From NCBI GenBank assembly GCA_963845065.1, contig CAWJQQ010000001.1, forward strand, positions 864,001 to 928,000: a stretch of 64,000 bases of DNA, given 5' to 3'. Position numbers and translations under genes: made by a program. Every line of letters starts with the position of its first letter. Positions within the stretch are counted from its first letter, which is position 1. The notes under the pieces were generated by a model, which made no database searches, had not been told where the DNA came from, and saw only the letters and a program-made list of their open reading frames with translations. Origin of the DNA: Nitrospirota bacterium (GTDB lineage Bacteria; Nitrospirota; UBA9217). Positions 63,478-64,000 of the stretch are shown here, piece by piece.

Positions 63478-64000
63478 TTAGAGCGGTAGTTTCGTTGTCT
63501 CTTCGATGATCGGGCAGGATTCTGCTGCGCTTAAAGACTGCAGCCGGTCACCGAACTTTTCCAATCTTTTGTCGGCATCCTCGTATTTTGATTTTGTATT
63601 CGTCAAATGCTTTCCCACCAGTTCAAAATCGGCCTTGAACTTTTCAAAATCACCCGAAAGTCTCTCAAGGCTTTTCAAGATTTCCTGCGCCTGTTCTTCG
63701 ACGTGCATTCCCTTGAGGCCGAGTAGAATGGTCTGGAGATAGGCGTAGAAGCTGTTCGGCGATACGGGGATAACGCGTTTGGTAAAAGCGTAGTTTAGGA
63801 GTGCCTTGTCTGTATCAACAGCCTCGTCTTTGATGATGAGCTCGTAATAGACATTTTCGGCAGGGATATACATAAGTGCGAAATCTAGGGTCCCTTCATC
63901 GGGTAGGATATACTTGCTTGCAATGGAATCAACATGTTTTTTCACATCGCTAATAAACCTTTTTTTTGCAACCTTGTGTTCGTCCTCCGTAGCCGTCTCC
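63478..64000 (-). CDS. rmuC: DNA recombination protein RmuC, 5'-truncated by window edge
   Basis: KYILPDEGTLDFALMYIPAENVYYE, VSPNSFYAYL. Confidence 0.92.
   Translation of the reverse strand, partial: ETATEDEHKVAKKRFISDVKKHVDSIASKYILPDEGTLDFALMYIPAENVYYELIIKDEAVDTDKALLNYAFTKRVIPVSPNSFYAYLQTILLGLKGMHVEEQAQEILKSLERLSGDFEKFKADFELVGKHLTNTKSKYEDADKRLEKFGDRLQSLSAAESCPIIEETTKLPL

Noticed and set aside
1..64000. CRISPR array, rRNA, prophage or integron
   Set aside because: No regularly spaced direct repeats, rRNA-like tracts, phage structural genes or integrase seen.

Overview
Bacterial chromosomal window; gene style suggests an anaerobic or microaerophilic Nitrospirota/Desulfobacterota-like organism (inference only). 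Left to right: (1) a glycogen-mobilisation / oxidative pentose phosphate / phosphoketolase / acetate kinase cluster (glgP, glgX, HAD, ackA, cls, xfp, gnd, zwf) containing several collapsed gene remnants; (2) a decayed ISL3 element whose transposase is interrupted by a 137-bp IS200/IS605-type palindromic mini-element; (3) housekeeping genes (Kef-type antiporter, MFS, selB, selA, Tat-exported metallophosphoesterase, rnr, PaaI thioesterase, glnE); (4) a hydrogenase-4-like operon whose large subunit lacks the Ni-Fe cysteines (Ehr type), preceded by a collapsed ghost of a second such operon and interrupted by an intact IS1380 whose transposase is almost fully overlapped by a 431-codon stop-free second frame; (5) an IS3 remnant, membrane/lipoprotein genes, a sigma54 activator and acetolactate synthase; (6) a sulfur cluster (DsrC pseudogene, sigma54-type promoter, sulfite reductase-TusA fusion, eroded cysW/cysA, cysK, nifU, nifS); (7) GNAT, two tatA paralogues, a flagellar rod C-terminal domain protein and partial rmuC. 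No rRNA, tRNA or CRISPR array was recognised. All family calls come from motif recognition by eye, not database searches.
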